From Nitrospirota bacterium (GTDB taxonomy: Bacteria; Nitrospirota; Nitrospiria; SBBL01; JAADHI01), in assembly GCA_029261215.1 (NCBI GenBank), contig JAJDBT010000113.1, positions 2,308-66,307 on the forward strand: a stretch of 64,000 bases of DNA, given 5' to 3'. Positions within the stretch are counted from its first letter, which is position 1; each line of letters begins with the position of its first letter. Below, piece by piece: positions 54,651 to 63,224 of this stretch. The notes below the pieces were generated by a model, which ran no database searches, was not told the DNA's origin, and saw nothing but the letters and a program-made list of their open reading frames with translations. The position numbers and the translations under genes are program-made.

Positions 54651-54698
54651 ATAAACTGAGATTTTTAGAACAATACAGAACTTTAGGAGAAGCATATT

Positions 54699-55469
54699 GT
54701 GAATAGAGAAAAATTTAAAATTGTATTATTACTTATACTGGCAACCTGGCTGTTTGTGGGATGTGCAGGGCCACGTGTTATTCCTGTCAATCCATCCAAC
54801 CCAATCAGACGCGTTGCTATTCTTCCGATGTTGGACAATTCTGATGATGTTGATGCGCCAACACGCGTCAGAGAGGAATTCTTCAACCGTTTGTCTAAAT
54901 ACCATTATGAAATCCAACCTCTTCAGGAAACCACCGATATTCTAAATCAACAGATGGGAATTTCAATGGGCAAACAACTTGATATGGCAACCCCCCAGGA
55001 CATCGGAAAAACATTAGGAGTGGATGGTATTTTTTATGGATATCTACTCGATTTTGAGGAAGTCACGGTTGGGGTCGCCAATACTTACAAGGTGCGTATG
55101 GGCTGGAAACTTGTTGATATAAAAACGGGTAAAATTTCCTGGGGTAAAGGAGTCGGGGTAAGAAGAACCCAATCTATCGGAGGTCTTGCTGGCTTAGGCT
55201 CCAACGAAGCCGAAAAAGTCGATGCCCTTCCCGGCTCCAATGACCCCATGAACGAGATGCCCGGCTTGGACAGGTGGATCTCAATGGGAAACCAATCAAC
55301 AGGTTTCGTCGGAGGACTGGTGTCTGGCATTGGAGGGAAACTCGTGGACGGGATTACAGGCAACAGCTTAAAAAAAGAAATCGATTTTGCTTTCAATCAT
55401 TTATTTCCTGGCATGCTTATCGGTCCAGGCAGTCAGGTAACAATGGTAAGCGATACTAAAACTCAATGA
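54699..55469 (+). CDS. Lipoprotein, DUF799/GNA1162-like (by motif memory), with a Gly-rich C-terminal extension
   Basis: GTG start. Lipobox LFVGC. RRVAILPMLDNSDDVDAPTRVREEFFNRLSKYHYEIQPL...GVDGIFYGYLLDF pattern. C-terminal GGLVSGIGGKLVDGITG. Confidence 0.55.
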   Translation: MNREKFKIVLLLILATWLFVGCAGPRVIPVNPSNPIRRVAILPMLDNSDDVDAPTRVREEFFNRLSKYHYEIQPLQETTDILNQQMGISMGKQLDMATPQDIGKTLGVDGIFYGYLLDFEEVTVGVANTYKVRMGWKLVDIKTGKISWGKGVGVRRTQSIGGLAGLGSNEAEKVDALPGSNDPMNEMPGLDRWISMGNQSTGFVGGLVSGIGGKLVDGITGNSLKKEIDFAFNHLFPGMLIGPGSQVTMVSDTKTQ

Positions 55470-55511
55470 CCTATTTTAAAACCAACCCTAAATAAGGAGG
55501 AAGCAAGGAAA

Positions 55512-56465
55512 ATGAAAAAAAACAAGACCCTTACCTATTTATCTACATTTGTCATGAGTGCACTTCTTTTTTCAGGCTGCACATCAATGGGAGGTCTGGT
55601 TAAAAAAGATGTCTCTCTAACAGATCAGACTGACAAGTTAGAGCAAGCGGGTGCAAACTACACCGGACCTCAATACACCATTGGCATCATAACCCTCTTA
55701 AACAAAACGCCTTCTAAAGTGTTAGGCATCGGAGAGGCTGCAACCGACATTCTAAGAACATCGATCAAACAGGCTGGACTGGAGCCAATCATGCTCACAA
55801 AAGATGAGCTCCAGCAACACGACACGATGATTGAACTGCAACAATCTGGAATTGTAAAAACAGGGAAAAAAGATGCTGCTGAGGGAATGGATTCGATTGA
55901 CTTCAGAATTTCTGGCGCGATCACTTCCTATTCGGAGCTCTCTGAGGGTAGCAACTTGCTCATCACAAAAACCAAAACACAGATTGCACGAGTCGGTGTA
56001 GATTATGCCCTCGTTGACATCGCCACTGGAAAAACCCTTGTTGCCAAATCCGGCCTGGGAGAATACAAAAAGAAAACCCGAAAAGTACTGGGTTTAGGAG
56101 ACTCTTCTTCAGCAGATGTGAGCCTGAGAGAAGGTGCATTAAGAGACGCCATGAACAAGGCCGTAGAAGCCATGATCATTGAACTCAGCAGTAGACCATT
56201 TCAAACGCACATTCTCATGGTAGATGGAGATGCAATTATTTTCAAAGGAGGAACGAGATCCAAGCTGGATTCGGGCGCCCGCCTGACCGTCTATCGCCCT
56301 GGAGCGGACTTGATTGATCCGGAAACAGGCCGGTCATTGGGAAAAAGAGAAAAGAAAGTCGGAGAAATTACTCTGGCGAGTCACACCAATGAAAAAATTT
56401 CAGAAGGGACGATCAGCGAGGGATCCGGGTTTAAAAAAGGGGATGTCCTGAGAGCTGTCAAATAA
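55512..56465 (+). CDS. Lipoprotein, CsgG/HfaB-family-like, with an extra C-terminal beta-rich domain
   Basis: Lipobox LLFSGC. The order of conserved blocks parallels E. coli CsgG (TIGIITLLNKT..., AATDILRTSIKQAGLEPI, DFRISGAITSYSE, IARVGVDYALVDIATGKTL). AAGGAGGAAG Shine-Dalgarno. Confidence 0.6.
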   Translation: MKKNKTLTYLSTFVMSALLFSGCTSMGGLVKKDVSLTDQTDKLEQAGANYTGPQYTIGIITLLNKTPSKVLGIGEAATDILRTSIKQAGLEPIMLTKDELQQHDTMIELQQSGIVKTGKKDAAEGMDSIDFRISGAITSYSELSEGSNLLITKTKTQIARVGVDYALVDIATGKTLVAKSGLGEYKKKTRKVLGLGDSSSADVSLREGALRDAMNKAVEAMIIELSSRPFQTHILMVDGDAIIFKGGTRSKLDSGARLTVYRPGADLIDPETGRSLGKREKKVGEITLASHTNEKISEGTISEGSGFKKGDVLRAVK

Positions 56466-56509
56466 ACGCCTAATAAAAAACCAACAAACACTCAAAACGC
56501 GACAAATCC

Positions 56510-56546
56510 GGCAGCTTTTTCAGAAAAAATCCCTGAAAAAGCTGCC
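56510..56546. terminator. Bidirectional intrinsic terminator between convergent genes
   Basis: Perfect 14-bp inverted repeat GGCAGCTTTTTCAG-(9 nt)-CTGAAAAAGCTGCC, lying between the stops at 56465 (+) and 56579 (-). The flanks are T-rich or A-rich. Confidence 0.6.
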
Positions 56547-56578
56547 TTGCTTTCTGGACGCGGCAAAGCACACAAAAC

Positions 56579-58756
56579 CTATGTGCTGACTGCGTGCTTT
56601 TTTGTCCATGCTGAGGCCCAGTGCATCATTTCATCTCCTGAAATGGGAGGAGAAAAAAAATAGCCTTGAATTTCATCACAGCCTATCCTGGCTAAGCGAT
56701 CCAGCGTCTCCTGGTCTTCCACACCCTCCGCGATGATGTTTATTCCCAGGTTGTGGGCCAGATCAATCATTGAACGCACGATGACTTCATTGTCTGTTTC
56801 ATCCAGCATGTCTTTAATAAATGAGCGATCGATCTTTATGGAATGGATCGGCAGACGTTTTAAATAACTCATCGACGAATAACCTGTCCCAAAATCATCC
56901 AACGCAAACTTAATCCCTTTCTCCCCAAGACAAGTCACAATTTCCATCGCTCGGGTCGGATCATCCATAATAATACTTTCCGTAATTTCCAGTTCAAGAT
57001 TTTCAGGACGAAAATCAGCTCTATAAATCAAATCAAAGATTTGATCGACCAGCCTCAAATCACGAAGGCTGCGGACAGAAAGGTTCACGGCAACAGACAA
57101 GTGTATTCCCTCTCGTTCCCAAGCCTTTGATTGCGCCATTGCAGTTTTCAAAACCCAAAAAGTGAGCGGTTTGATTAAACCTGTTTGTTCCGACAAGCTG
57201 ATAAATTGATCAGGAGGAATCACTCCGTACTCAGGATGGTTCCATCGAACCAGGGCTTCGACCCCGATCACCGTTTCACTTTCAAGGTGAACTTTTGGCT
57301 GATACAATAAAAACAATTCTTCATTTTGAATCGCCTGACGCAGATCACTTTTCAGAATAAGACGTTTCAGGCTGTGTTGGTCTTGCGCACCGGAATACAG
57401 CATGATGTTTGTGCCGGAAGATTTGGCCATAGACATTGCAATATCTGATTTTTGAACAAGGGTATGCACTTGCTCTCCGTGATCCGGGAAAAGAGCAATA
57501 CCAATGCTTGCACTCACTTCAAGTGAGACCCCATCAATAAGGAATGGATCTTCCAGCTTTTTTAAAATCTTTCTCGCAAAACGTTCCGCATCTTTCCCCG
57601 TTTTAGTCCCGCCCAGCAATATCGCAAACTCATCGCCTCCAAAACGCGCCAGCGTATCCGATACCCTCAAAACCCCTTTGACCCTTGAACTCACATTCTG
57701 CAATAAGATATCGCCGTATTTATGGCCCAGCGCATCATTCACCTCTTTAAAACCGTCGAGATCCATCAACAACACTGCAATACGGTCTTTATTCCTGCGG
57801 CCATTCAAAATCGCTTGTTGAAGCCGATCAAGAAAAAGAACACGATTAGGCAAATTGGTCAGGCCATCATGCAGGGCCCGATGGCGTAACAAGGCCGCCT
57901 GTTCATGATGCTCCGTTGTGTCTTGAAAACTCCATACACGGCCGATACTCTGATCATCGATCCACTGAGGATAGGAAGAACATTCCAGAACTGTTCCATT
58001 TTCAAGTTCAAAAACGTCAAAACTGACCTCTTCAGGATGACAATATGGATTGATCAACTTTTCAAGAAGCTGTCCTGAATCTCGCAATCCACCCTGCATA
58101 TGTGAGATCACCTGCTCATCCGTCGATGTAATGATCGATTTCGGGATATGCCACATTTTTACAAAATACTGATTATATCGGACAATCTTTCCAGAATGAT
58201 CAACAACCAAAATCCCGACCTGTGTCGATTCAAGGGTTGCATCCAGCAAAGCATTTGAATGCTTTAACGCCACTTCAGTTTCCTGAGGTGTTTTGGATTC
58301 CGCTTGAATAGCATCCCACAGACCCCGTAACTCAAGATGGTTGATGATTAGTCTCACAAGTGCTTTTAAAGCCTCTTGTTGTTCGTGAGTCAAAAGGCGA
58401 GGGAGAAAATCCATGACACAGACCGTGCCAAGGGCAATGCCTTCCTGAGAAATGAATGGCATGCCAGCATAATATCGAATCTTGGGCCCAGAAATGACCC
58501 ACTCCGATGCATTAAATCGCTTGTCTTTCAGCGTGTCAGGCACTTCAAAAAATTGAAGTGCCTTTATCGTATATTCACAACATCCGATATTTTGATCCAG
58601 CTTTTCAAAACCAATACAGGCTTTTGGCCAATTTCTTTCAATGTCAGTGAATACAATTTTTGCAAGAGGAGTTTGACATATTTCCTTCGCCAGACGAACG
58701 AAGTCATCCAGTGAAGGATCTTGTATTGAGCTTAACAAACTTTCATCCGGAAACAT
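56579..58756 (-). CDS. GAF-PAS-GGDEF-EAL c-di-GMP turnover protein
   Basis: GGDEF active site RFGGDEF with I-site RVSD five residues upstream. Intact EAL motifs (EALVRW, ELEITES, ALDDFGTGYSS, KIDRSF, AEGVED, QGYFFSPP). GAF-like and PAS-like N-terminus. Confidence 0.9.
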   Translation of the reverse strand: MFPDESLLSSIQDPSLDDFVRLAKEICQTPLAKIVFTDIERNWPKACIGFEKLDQNIGCCEYTIKALQFFEVPDTLKDKRFNASEWVISGPKIRYYAGMPFISQEGIALGTVCVMDFLPRLLTHEQQEALKALVRLIINHLELRGLWDAIQAESKTPQETEVALKHSNALLDATLESTQVGILVVDHSGKIVRYNQYFVKMWHIPKSIITSTDEQVISHMQGGLRDSGQLLEKLINPYCHPEEVSFDVFELENGTVLECSSYPQWIDDQSIGRVWSFQDTTEHHEQAALLRHRALHDGLTNLPNRVLFLDRLQQAILNGRRNKDRIAVLLMDLDGFKEVNDALGHKYGDILLQNVSSRVKGVLRVSDTLARFGGDEFAILLGGTKTGKDAERFARKILKKLEDPFLIDGVSLEVSASIGIALFPDHGEQVHTLVQKSDIAMSMAKSSGTNIMLYSGAQDQHSLKRLILKSDLRQAIQNEELFLLYQPKVHLESETVIGVEALVRWNHPEYGVIPPDQFISLSEQTGLIKPLTFWVLKTAMAQSKAWEREGIHLSVAVNLSVRSLRDLRLVDQIFDLIYRADFRPENLELEITESIIMDDPTRAMEIVTCLGEKGIKFALDDFGTGYSSMSYLKRLPIHSIKIDRSFIKDMLDETDNEVIVRSMIDLAHNLGINIIAEGVEDQETLDRLARIGCDEIQGYFFSPPISGDEMMHWASAWTKKHAVST

Positions 58757-58834
58757 ACTCAGCCGATCGGTCTCATTGCCTGTTTAAGGGGCAACACCCC
58801 CTTCTTCGCCTTAAAAAACCAAGCCTACTCTAAA

Positions 58835-58863
58835 ACTATAACTTCACACAAAAATACTGTCAA
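58835..58863 (-). promoter_or_regulatory. Sigma-70-type promoter candidate for the GGDEF-EAL gene
   Basis: The minus strand reads TTGACA-N17-TATAGT, about 80 nt upstream of the ATG at 58756. Confidence 0.45.
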
Positions 58864-58958
58864 TTTCACAGAAAGAAGTCTTAAGAGCCAGGTGGGAATT
58901 TCAGATTCGGTGTGAATCACAACAAATACGACGATTTGATCTAGAGAAATGCTGGCGC

Positions 58959-59537
58959 TTAACGCAGCCTTTTTTCGCGTTCCCGACGGTCGAGTCTGTT
59001 TTTTATAGAGCGTCTGTCAGACTGATTTTTCATACGATGTTCCAAGCGATCCGGGCTGTCGCCATTTTTTCGATCGATCCCCAAAAGCCCTCGGATTTCA
59101 GATCGTTTTTCAGGGGAAAGCTTTTTCCACTGCTCACGCAGTTCACGACGGCGGGCTTCCGGAAGATCCTTAAAGCGGTTTTTCTGGATCAGGAAAAAAG
59201 ACCGGTCCTCCTCTGAAAGACTTTGAAAATAATCAAAACGCTGACGAACCCGCTCTTTTCTCTTTTGGGGAAGTGTCTTCCAAAGCCGCAACTGTTCTGC
59301 GGCTTGCTTCCGCTGACTCGGCGTAAGTGTTTCCCAGCGTTTGGCTCCTGCTTTCATCCGTTTTTGCCGCTTGAGGGGCAATTGATCCCAGGTTTTTTTA
59401 AGGGGTTTTAGAATCTCTCTTTCCGTCGGACTCAGGTCTGTCCATAAAATACCTGAATCCGCAAAAACCGCAGATAGGGAAAAAATACAGGAAATGGCAA
59501 TCGCGCACATCGTATAAAAAACAACCCGCTTATTCAT
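58959..59537 (-). CDS. Secreted DUF3106-like repeat protein (start at ATG 59537 preferred over 59564)
   Basis: AGGAAGGAGG Shine-Dalgarno 5 nt before ATG 59537. Signal peptide. Seven tandem units of about 18 aa with the pattern W/F-x-x-L-x-P-x-x-R. Confidence 0.68.
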   Translation of the reverse strand: MNKRVVFYTMCAIAISCIFSLSAVFADSGILWTDLSPTEREILKPLKKTWDQLPLKRQKRMKAGAKRWETLTPSQRKQAAEQLRLWKTLPQKRKERVRQRFDYFQSLSEEDRSFFLIQKNRFKDLPEARRRELREQWKKLSPEKRSEIRGLLGIDRKNGDSPDRLEHRMKNQSDRRSIKNRLDRREREKRLR

Positions 59538-59850
59538 TTCTGCCTCCTTCCTGCACCGGCTCATTTTTCAAAGCCCTATCCCCTTTTCTGAGCGACCTCT
59601 TTTCTTGGGGCTTGTCCTCACCTTCGAGCAAATGAATATCTTTCTTTTTTCCTGCTTCATCGTCAAAAAGCAATGGATCCACCCACTCCCCTTCTTTTGT
59701 TTCCCAAGTCCCCAAAAACTCAATCAAGGCCATATCCGATGAGGTCATTTCATTTTTCTCTTCCGCCATGAGCGGCATAATCGGCCAAAAGAAAAATACA
59801 AGAATCATCCACCATTTAACCCGCACCTTCAGCCTCTGCCAGCCATCCAT
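59530..59850 (-). CDS. Small hypothetical membrane/secreted acidic protein in the ECF operon (start uncertain: 59850 or 59808)
   Basis: Hydrophobic N-terminus WWMILVFFFWPIMPLMA followed by an acidic/lysine-rich tail. Overlaps both neighbouring genes, which suggests translational coupling. Confidence 0.4.
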   Translation of the reverse strand: MDGWQRLKVRVKWWMILVFFFWPIMPLMAEEKNEMTSSDMALIEFLGTWETKEGEWVDPLLFDDEAGKKKDIHLLEGEDKPQEKRSLRKGDRALKNEPVQEGGRNE

Positions 59851-60160
59851 AAAACTCCAGTTCATCATAAAACTCAAGTGATTCCGATGCACTTAACAAT
59901 TCGATATCTTCCAGATCAGCCACCATTTCTTTTTGAACAGGGTGCCTTGTGACGAAATAAACGACAAGTACTGCGGCGCAGGTCACCACCAAACCTGCGA
60001 CCGGTTTTAGCCAGGGAATTGCAGGCTTTTCAGCCTCAAGCGCCTGACGGCGAATCACGGCAAGACGAGAAGCCGTTCGGGCATCCAGGGCGTCACTCCC
60101 CTGCTCCAAAAGCCGTTTGGCCCTTTCAACAAAAGCCTGATCTTGATCTGTTTCTTTCAT
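59816..60160 (-). CDS. DUF3619-like single-pass membrane protein, candidate anti-sigma factor
   Basis: ATGA overlap with the ECF sigma stop. The cytoplasmic N-terminus (FVERAKRLLEQGSDALDARTASRLAVIRRQAL), one TM (VAGLVVTCAAVLVVYFV) and an acidic C-terminus match the DUF3619 pattern from memory. Confidence 0.58.
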   Translation of the reverse strand: MKETDQDQAFVERAKRLLEQGSDALDARTASRLAVIRRQALEAEKPAIPWLKPVAGLVVTCAAVLVVYFVTRHPVQKEMVADLEDIELLSASESLEFYDELEFYGWLAEAEGAG

Positions 60161-60735
60161 GGTGCAAACTCCTTCAAGCGGAGACGAAGCGCCCTCACCG
60201 CCCGCGAATAATGCGTTTTAACACTGCCTTCGGAGCACGACATGGCAAACGCAGTTTCCGCGACATTGTAACCCTCCCAGGCGCGTAAAAAAAACGCCTG
60301 GCGTTGGCGCAGCGGCAAGGCGCAAAGCGCTGACTCCAGGGTCGATATCGCAGCAGCATCGGAAATTTGATCGGCGCAATCCCTTATACGAATATCCGGC
60401 AGCTGCTCAATTGGATCATCTTCCGCTTCATCATCCTTTTCTCTAAAAAACCAATGTCTCCAGCGATTTCTCACCCAGGTGCGTCGCTGCCAATCCCGTA
60501 TGCGATGTTGAAGAATGCGGTAAAATAACGGCCCCCACTCCGAGCTATCTTTTGACGCATAACGCTGTACCAGTTTAAACATGGCATCCTGAACAATATC
60601 AAGCGCTTCCTCACGATCACCCGTCGCAATCCGTGCCATATGAAAAGCGCGCCGTTCCACTCCCGCCAGAAACTGATTCAAGTCCTCCGATCGCTTGCCA
60701 ATAGTCAACTTGAAGTGATCCCATCTCATTTCCAA
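60157..60735 (-). CDS. ECF-type RNA polymerase sigma factor
   Basis: Region 2 (EEALDIVQDAMFKLVQRY...FYRILQHRIRDWQRR) and region 4 (LPLRQRQAFFLRAWEGYNVAETAFAMSCSEGSVKTHYSRAVRAL). Confidence 0.87.
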   Translation of the reverse strand: MEMRWDHFKLTIGKRSEDLNQFLAGVERRAFHMARIATGDREEALDIVQDAMFKLVQRYASKDSSEWGPLFYRILQHRIRDWQRRTWVRNRWRHWFFREKDDEAEDDPIEQLPDIRIRDCADQISDAAAISTLESALCALPLRQRQAFFLRAWEGYNVAETAFAMSCSEGSVKTHYSRAVRALRLRLKEFAP

Positions 60736-60877
60736 AAAGTATCACTGTGCAGCCCGAGTTCCACAATATCCATCAGATGAGTGGATCGGCGTATGTTCAT
60801 GTCCTGACTATCATAACGCACAAGATTGAATTGGGTTGACACATCCGGAAAAATATCGTTTACCCTTTAAAAAAAAG

Positions 60878-61660
60878 TTAAGCCGGGCATTTGGCAATGA
60901 CTGAAATCGTACTGTAATAGACAGACCAATATTTGTCATTTTTTGCGTTAGTCATATAGTCATCCAAATCAGAGGCCGAGGCTTCACCTGTAGCAATGTA
61001 TTTATCGCGTAAAGCGGCAGCGGATTCAGCCATTACTTCCGCCACAGGTGAAAGACCTGGGGCAAAATGAAGACGGGCATGCACATCAAGCACTTCAAAG
61101 CCTTCTGCTTCGAGTTTTTTGGGCAAGCTCAGACCATAGGCGGGGTTGAGCCCTAAGTCGACAAACATTTTGCAAATCGCTGTATTCACATGCAGCTGAG
61201 CTTCTTCAGCCGAATCATTCAGCAGCTTGGCCGAGGTAAAATCAGGTTCTTCCAAAACAAGCATCGCTCCCGGTTTTAAAACCTGCTTTATTTTTGAAAT
61301 CATTTGCCGCCTCTCAGGATTGTGAATCAAAACATAACGACAATGCACTACGTCAAACAAGCCTTTCATCTCGAATGCTGAAAAATCGCCCTCAAGTACT
61401 TCAAACGGGGCGCCGCCAAAATGATTGAGATATTTTGTATTTTTATCAATACCAACAACTCGCCCTTTTGAGCCGACCTTCTCCCCCATCCAGGACATCA
61501 TCGATCCTGCACCCGCGCCGATTTCCAGACAATGCGCGCCAGAGCGAATCGGCACTTTCTCCATACATGTGATTGAGGTCTCATCAAAAGCATGCTCAAT
61601 CAGCTTCAGGCGTTTCAGCTCGCGATCTGCTGTGTGTGATTCAAAGATATATCCACTCAT
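60878..61660 (-). CDS. Class I SAM-dependent methyltransferase (start ATG 61660 preferred)
   Basis: Motif I CLEIGAGAGSM, post-I VVGIDK, and FDVVHCRYVLIH. GTGAGG Shine-Dalgarno before ATG 61660. Confidence 0.8.
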   Translation of the reverse strand: MSGYIFESHTADRELKRLKLIEHAFDETSITCMEKVPIRSGAHCLEIGAGAGSMMSWMGEKVGSKGRVVGIDKNTKYLNHFGGAPFEVLEGDFSAFEMKGLFDVVHCRYVLIHNPERRQMISKIKQVLKPGAMLVLEEPDFTSAKLLNDSAEEAQLHVNTAICKMFVDLGLNPAYGLSLPKKLEAEGFEVLDVHARLHFAPGLSPVAEVMAESAAALRDKYIATGEASASDLDDYMTNAKNDKYWSVYYSTISVIAKCPA

Positions 61661-61838
61661 GATTCCTAACCTCACTTTGTCATATAAAAAAACAAACACC
61701 TCTCCCGGCTGATTTTCAAAATGATGTCATCCTCAGTTGCCGTGCGCTCAAGGCCATTGCTGACTTTTCCATCGGATACTTTTTATCACGCAATAGTTCA
61801 AAATCAGTTAAAATACGATATGAAATGGATCATAAATA

Positions 61839-62819
61839 ATGGATAACCGCTTTACGCGTCAACTGGGCATTACGATTCCGATCATCTGTGGCGCGATGTA
61901 TCCCTGTAGTAACCCTGAACTCATTGCGGCAGTTTCAGAAGCGGGCGGGATCGGAATCATCCAGCCCATTTCCCTCACCTTTGTCTATGGCTACGACTTT
62001 AGGGAAGGGATTCGACGCATTCGACAGCTCACTCAAAAACCGGTCGGGATGAATGTGTTGATCGAATCACAATCCACAACATATTATAAAAAAATGTCCA
62101 AATGGCTGGATATCGCCCTTGAAGAAGGCATCCGGTTTTTTATCACCTCCCTTGGAAAACCGGATTGGGTTGTCGAGCGCGTCCACGCGGCAGGCGGGAT
62201 TGTCTATCACGATGTCACCCATCGGCATTGGGCAGAAAAAGGCATTGAATGTGGAATTGATGGGCTCATTGCCGTCAACAATCGCGCAGGAGGACACGCT
62301 GGAGAAGAAAGCGCCGAATCATTAATGCAAAATCTCGGTGATCTTGACTTGCCCCTGATTTGCGCTGGAGGCATCGGCGATGAAAATGATTTTGCCCAGA
62401 CCTTATCGCTCGGCTATCTGGGGGTTCAGATGGGCACACGGTTTATTGCGACAAAAGAATGCCATTCCAGCGAAGCCTATAAAAATGCGATCCTCAAAGC
62501 AAAGGATCAGGATATTGTATTAAGTGAACGCATTACGGGTGTGCCTTTGTCGATTATCAAAACCCCCAATATCGACCGCATGGGTCTGAAAGCGGGCCCC
62601 ATCGCACGATGGATGCTGAATGGATCAACAACAAAACATTGGATGAGAATGCTCTACGGGATCAAATCCCTCTTTCAAATCAAAAATGCCTCTATAAAAG
62701 GGAAGCGGGCCAATGAATATTGGCAGGCAGGCAAAAGCGTGAACGGCATACAATCCATTGAAGGGGTCAGGGATATTATTCAGCGGTTTTCTGAATCAAT
62801 CAAAACGCCAACACAATGA
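61839..62819 (+). CDS. FMN-dependent NAD(P)H oxidoreductase of the nitronate monooxygenase/FabK-like family
   Basis: LGITIPIICGAMYPCSNPELIAAVSEAGGIGII, NNRAGGHAGE, GGIGDENDFAQTLSLGYLGVQMGTRF. Confidence 0.8.
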   Translation: MDNRFTRQLGITIPIICGAMYPCSNPELIAAVSEAGGIGIIQPISLTFVYGYDFREGIRRIRQLTQKPVGMNVLIESQSTTYYKKMSKWLDIALEEGIRFFITSLGKPDWVVERVHAAGGIVYHDVTHRHWAEKGIECGIDGLIAVNNRAGGHAGEESAESLMQNLGDLDLPLICAGGIGDENDFAQTLSLGYLGVQMGTRFIATKECHSSEAYKNAILKAKDQDIVLSERITGVPLSIIKTPNIDRMGLKAGPIARWMLNGSTTKHWMRMLYGIKSLFQIKNASIKGKRANEYWQAGKSVNGIQSIEGVRDIIQRFSESIKTPTQ

Positions 62820-62822
62820 TCT

Positions 62823-63224
62823 TTAATCAACACGTGTTTGTATCAAATTCGACGTTTGATCGATCACCCATTCGTCGAGGTCTGCATCAATATCAATATT
62901 TCCGCTTGCCGTCACTAAAAAGCTTTGAGGAGAAGGGCCTGCGGGCAATGTGATGGTGACCGTATAATATTTCAAAATACCCAATGTTGGGAAACCCAGT
63001 GCGCTGGGATTATCGGTATATTCCTCATATTCAACATAATAAGCCAACTCCCGTTTCGCAATCCCGGTCAACAACCCTTTGACTTCCAGGGTTCTCGCTT
63101 TTTTGAGATAATTTGAATACACGGCAAAGGATAAGGTCGACATAATGGTAATAATGGCCATCACGATTGTTAATTCTATGAGCGTAAATCCTTTTTCACG
63201 ACATCGTGTTTTAAAATCAAACAT
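62823..63224 (-). CDS. Type IV pilin-like protein (prepilin; start at ATG 63224 preferred)
   Basis: Class III signal: short basic leader MFDFKTRCREKG then FTLIELTIVMAIITIM, with Glu at +5 after the cleavage Gly. YSNYLKKARTLEVKGLL is a pilin alpha1 helix. Confidence 0.75.
   Translation of the reverse strand: MFDFKTRCREKGFTLIELTIVMAIITIMSTLSFAVYSNYLKKARTLEVKGLLTGIAKRELAYYVEYEEYTDNPSALGFPTLGILKYYTVTITLPAGPSPQSFLVTASGNIDIDADLDEWVIDQTSNLIQTRVD

Noticed and set aside
60736-60770. GGAAC (minus strand, 60758-60762) as an autoregulated ECF -35 element upstream of the sigma gene
   Set aside because: It lies only 22 nt from the ATG, and no CGT/TCT-type -10 element appears at 16-17 nt spacing. A transcript from here would be essentially leaderless.
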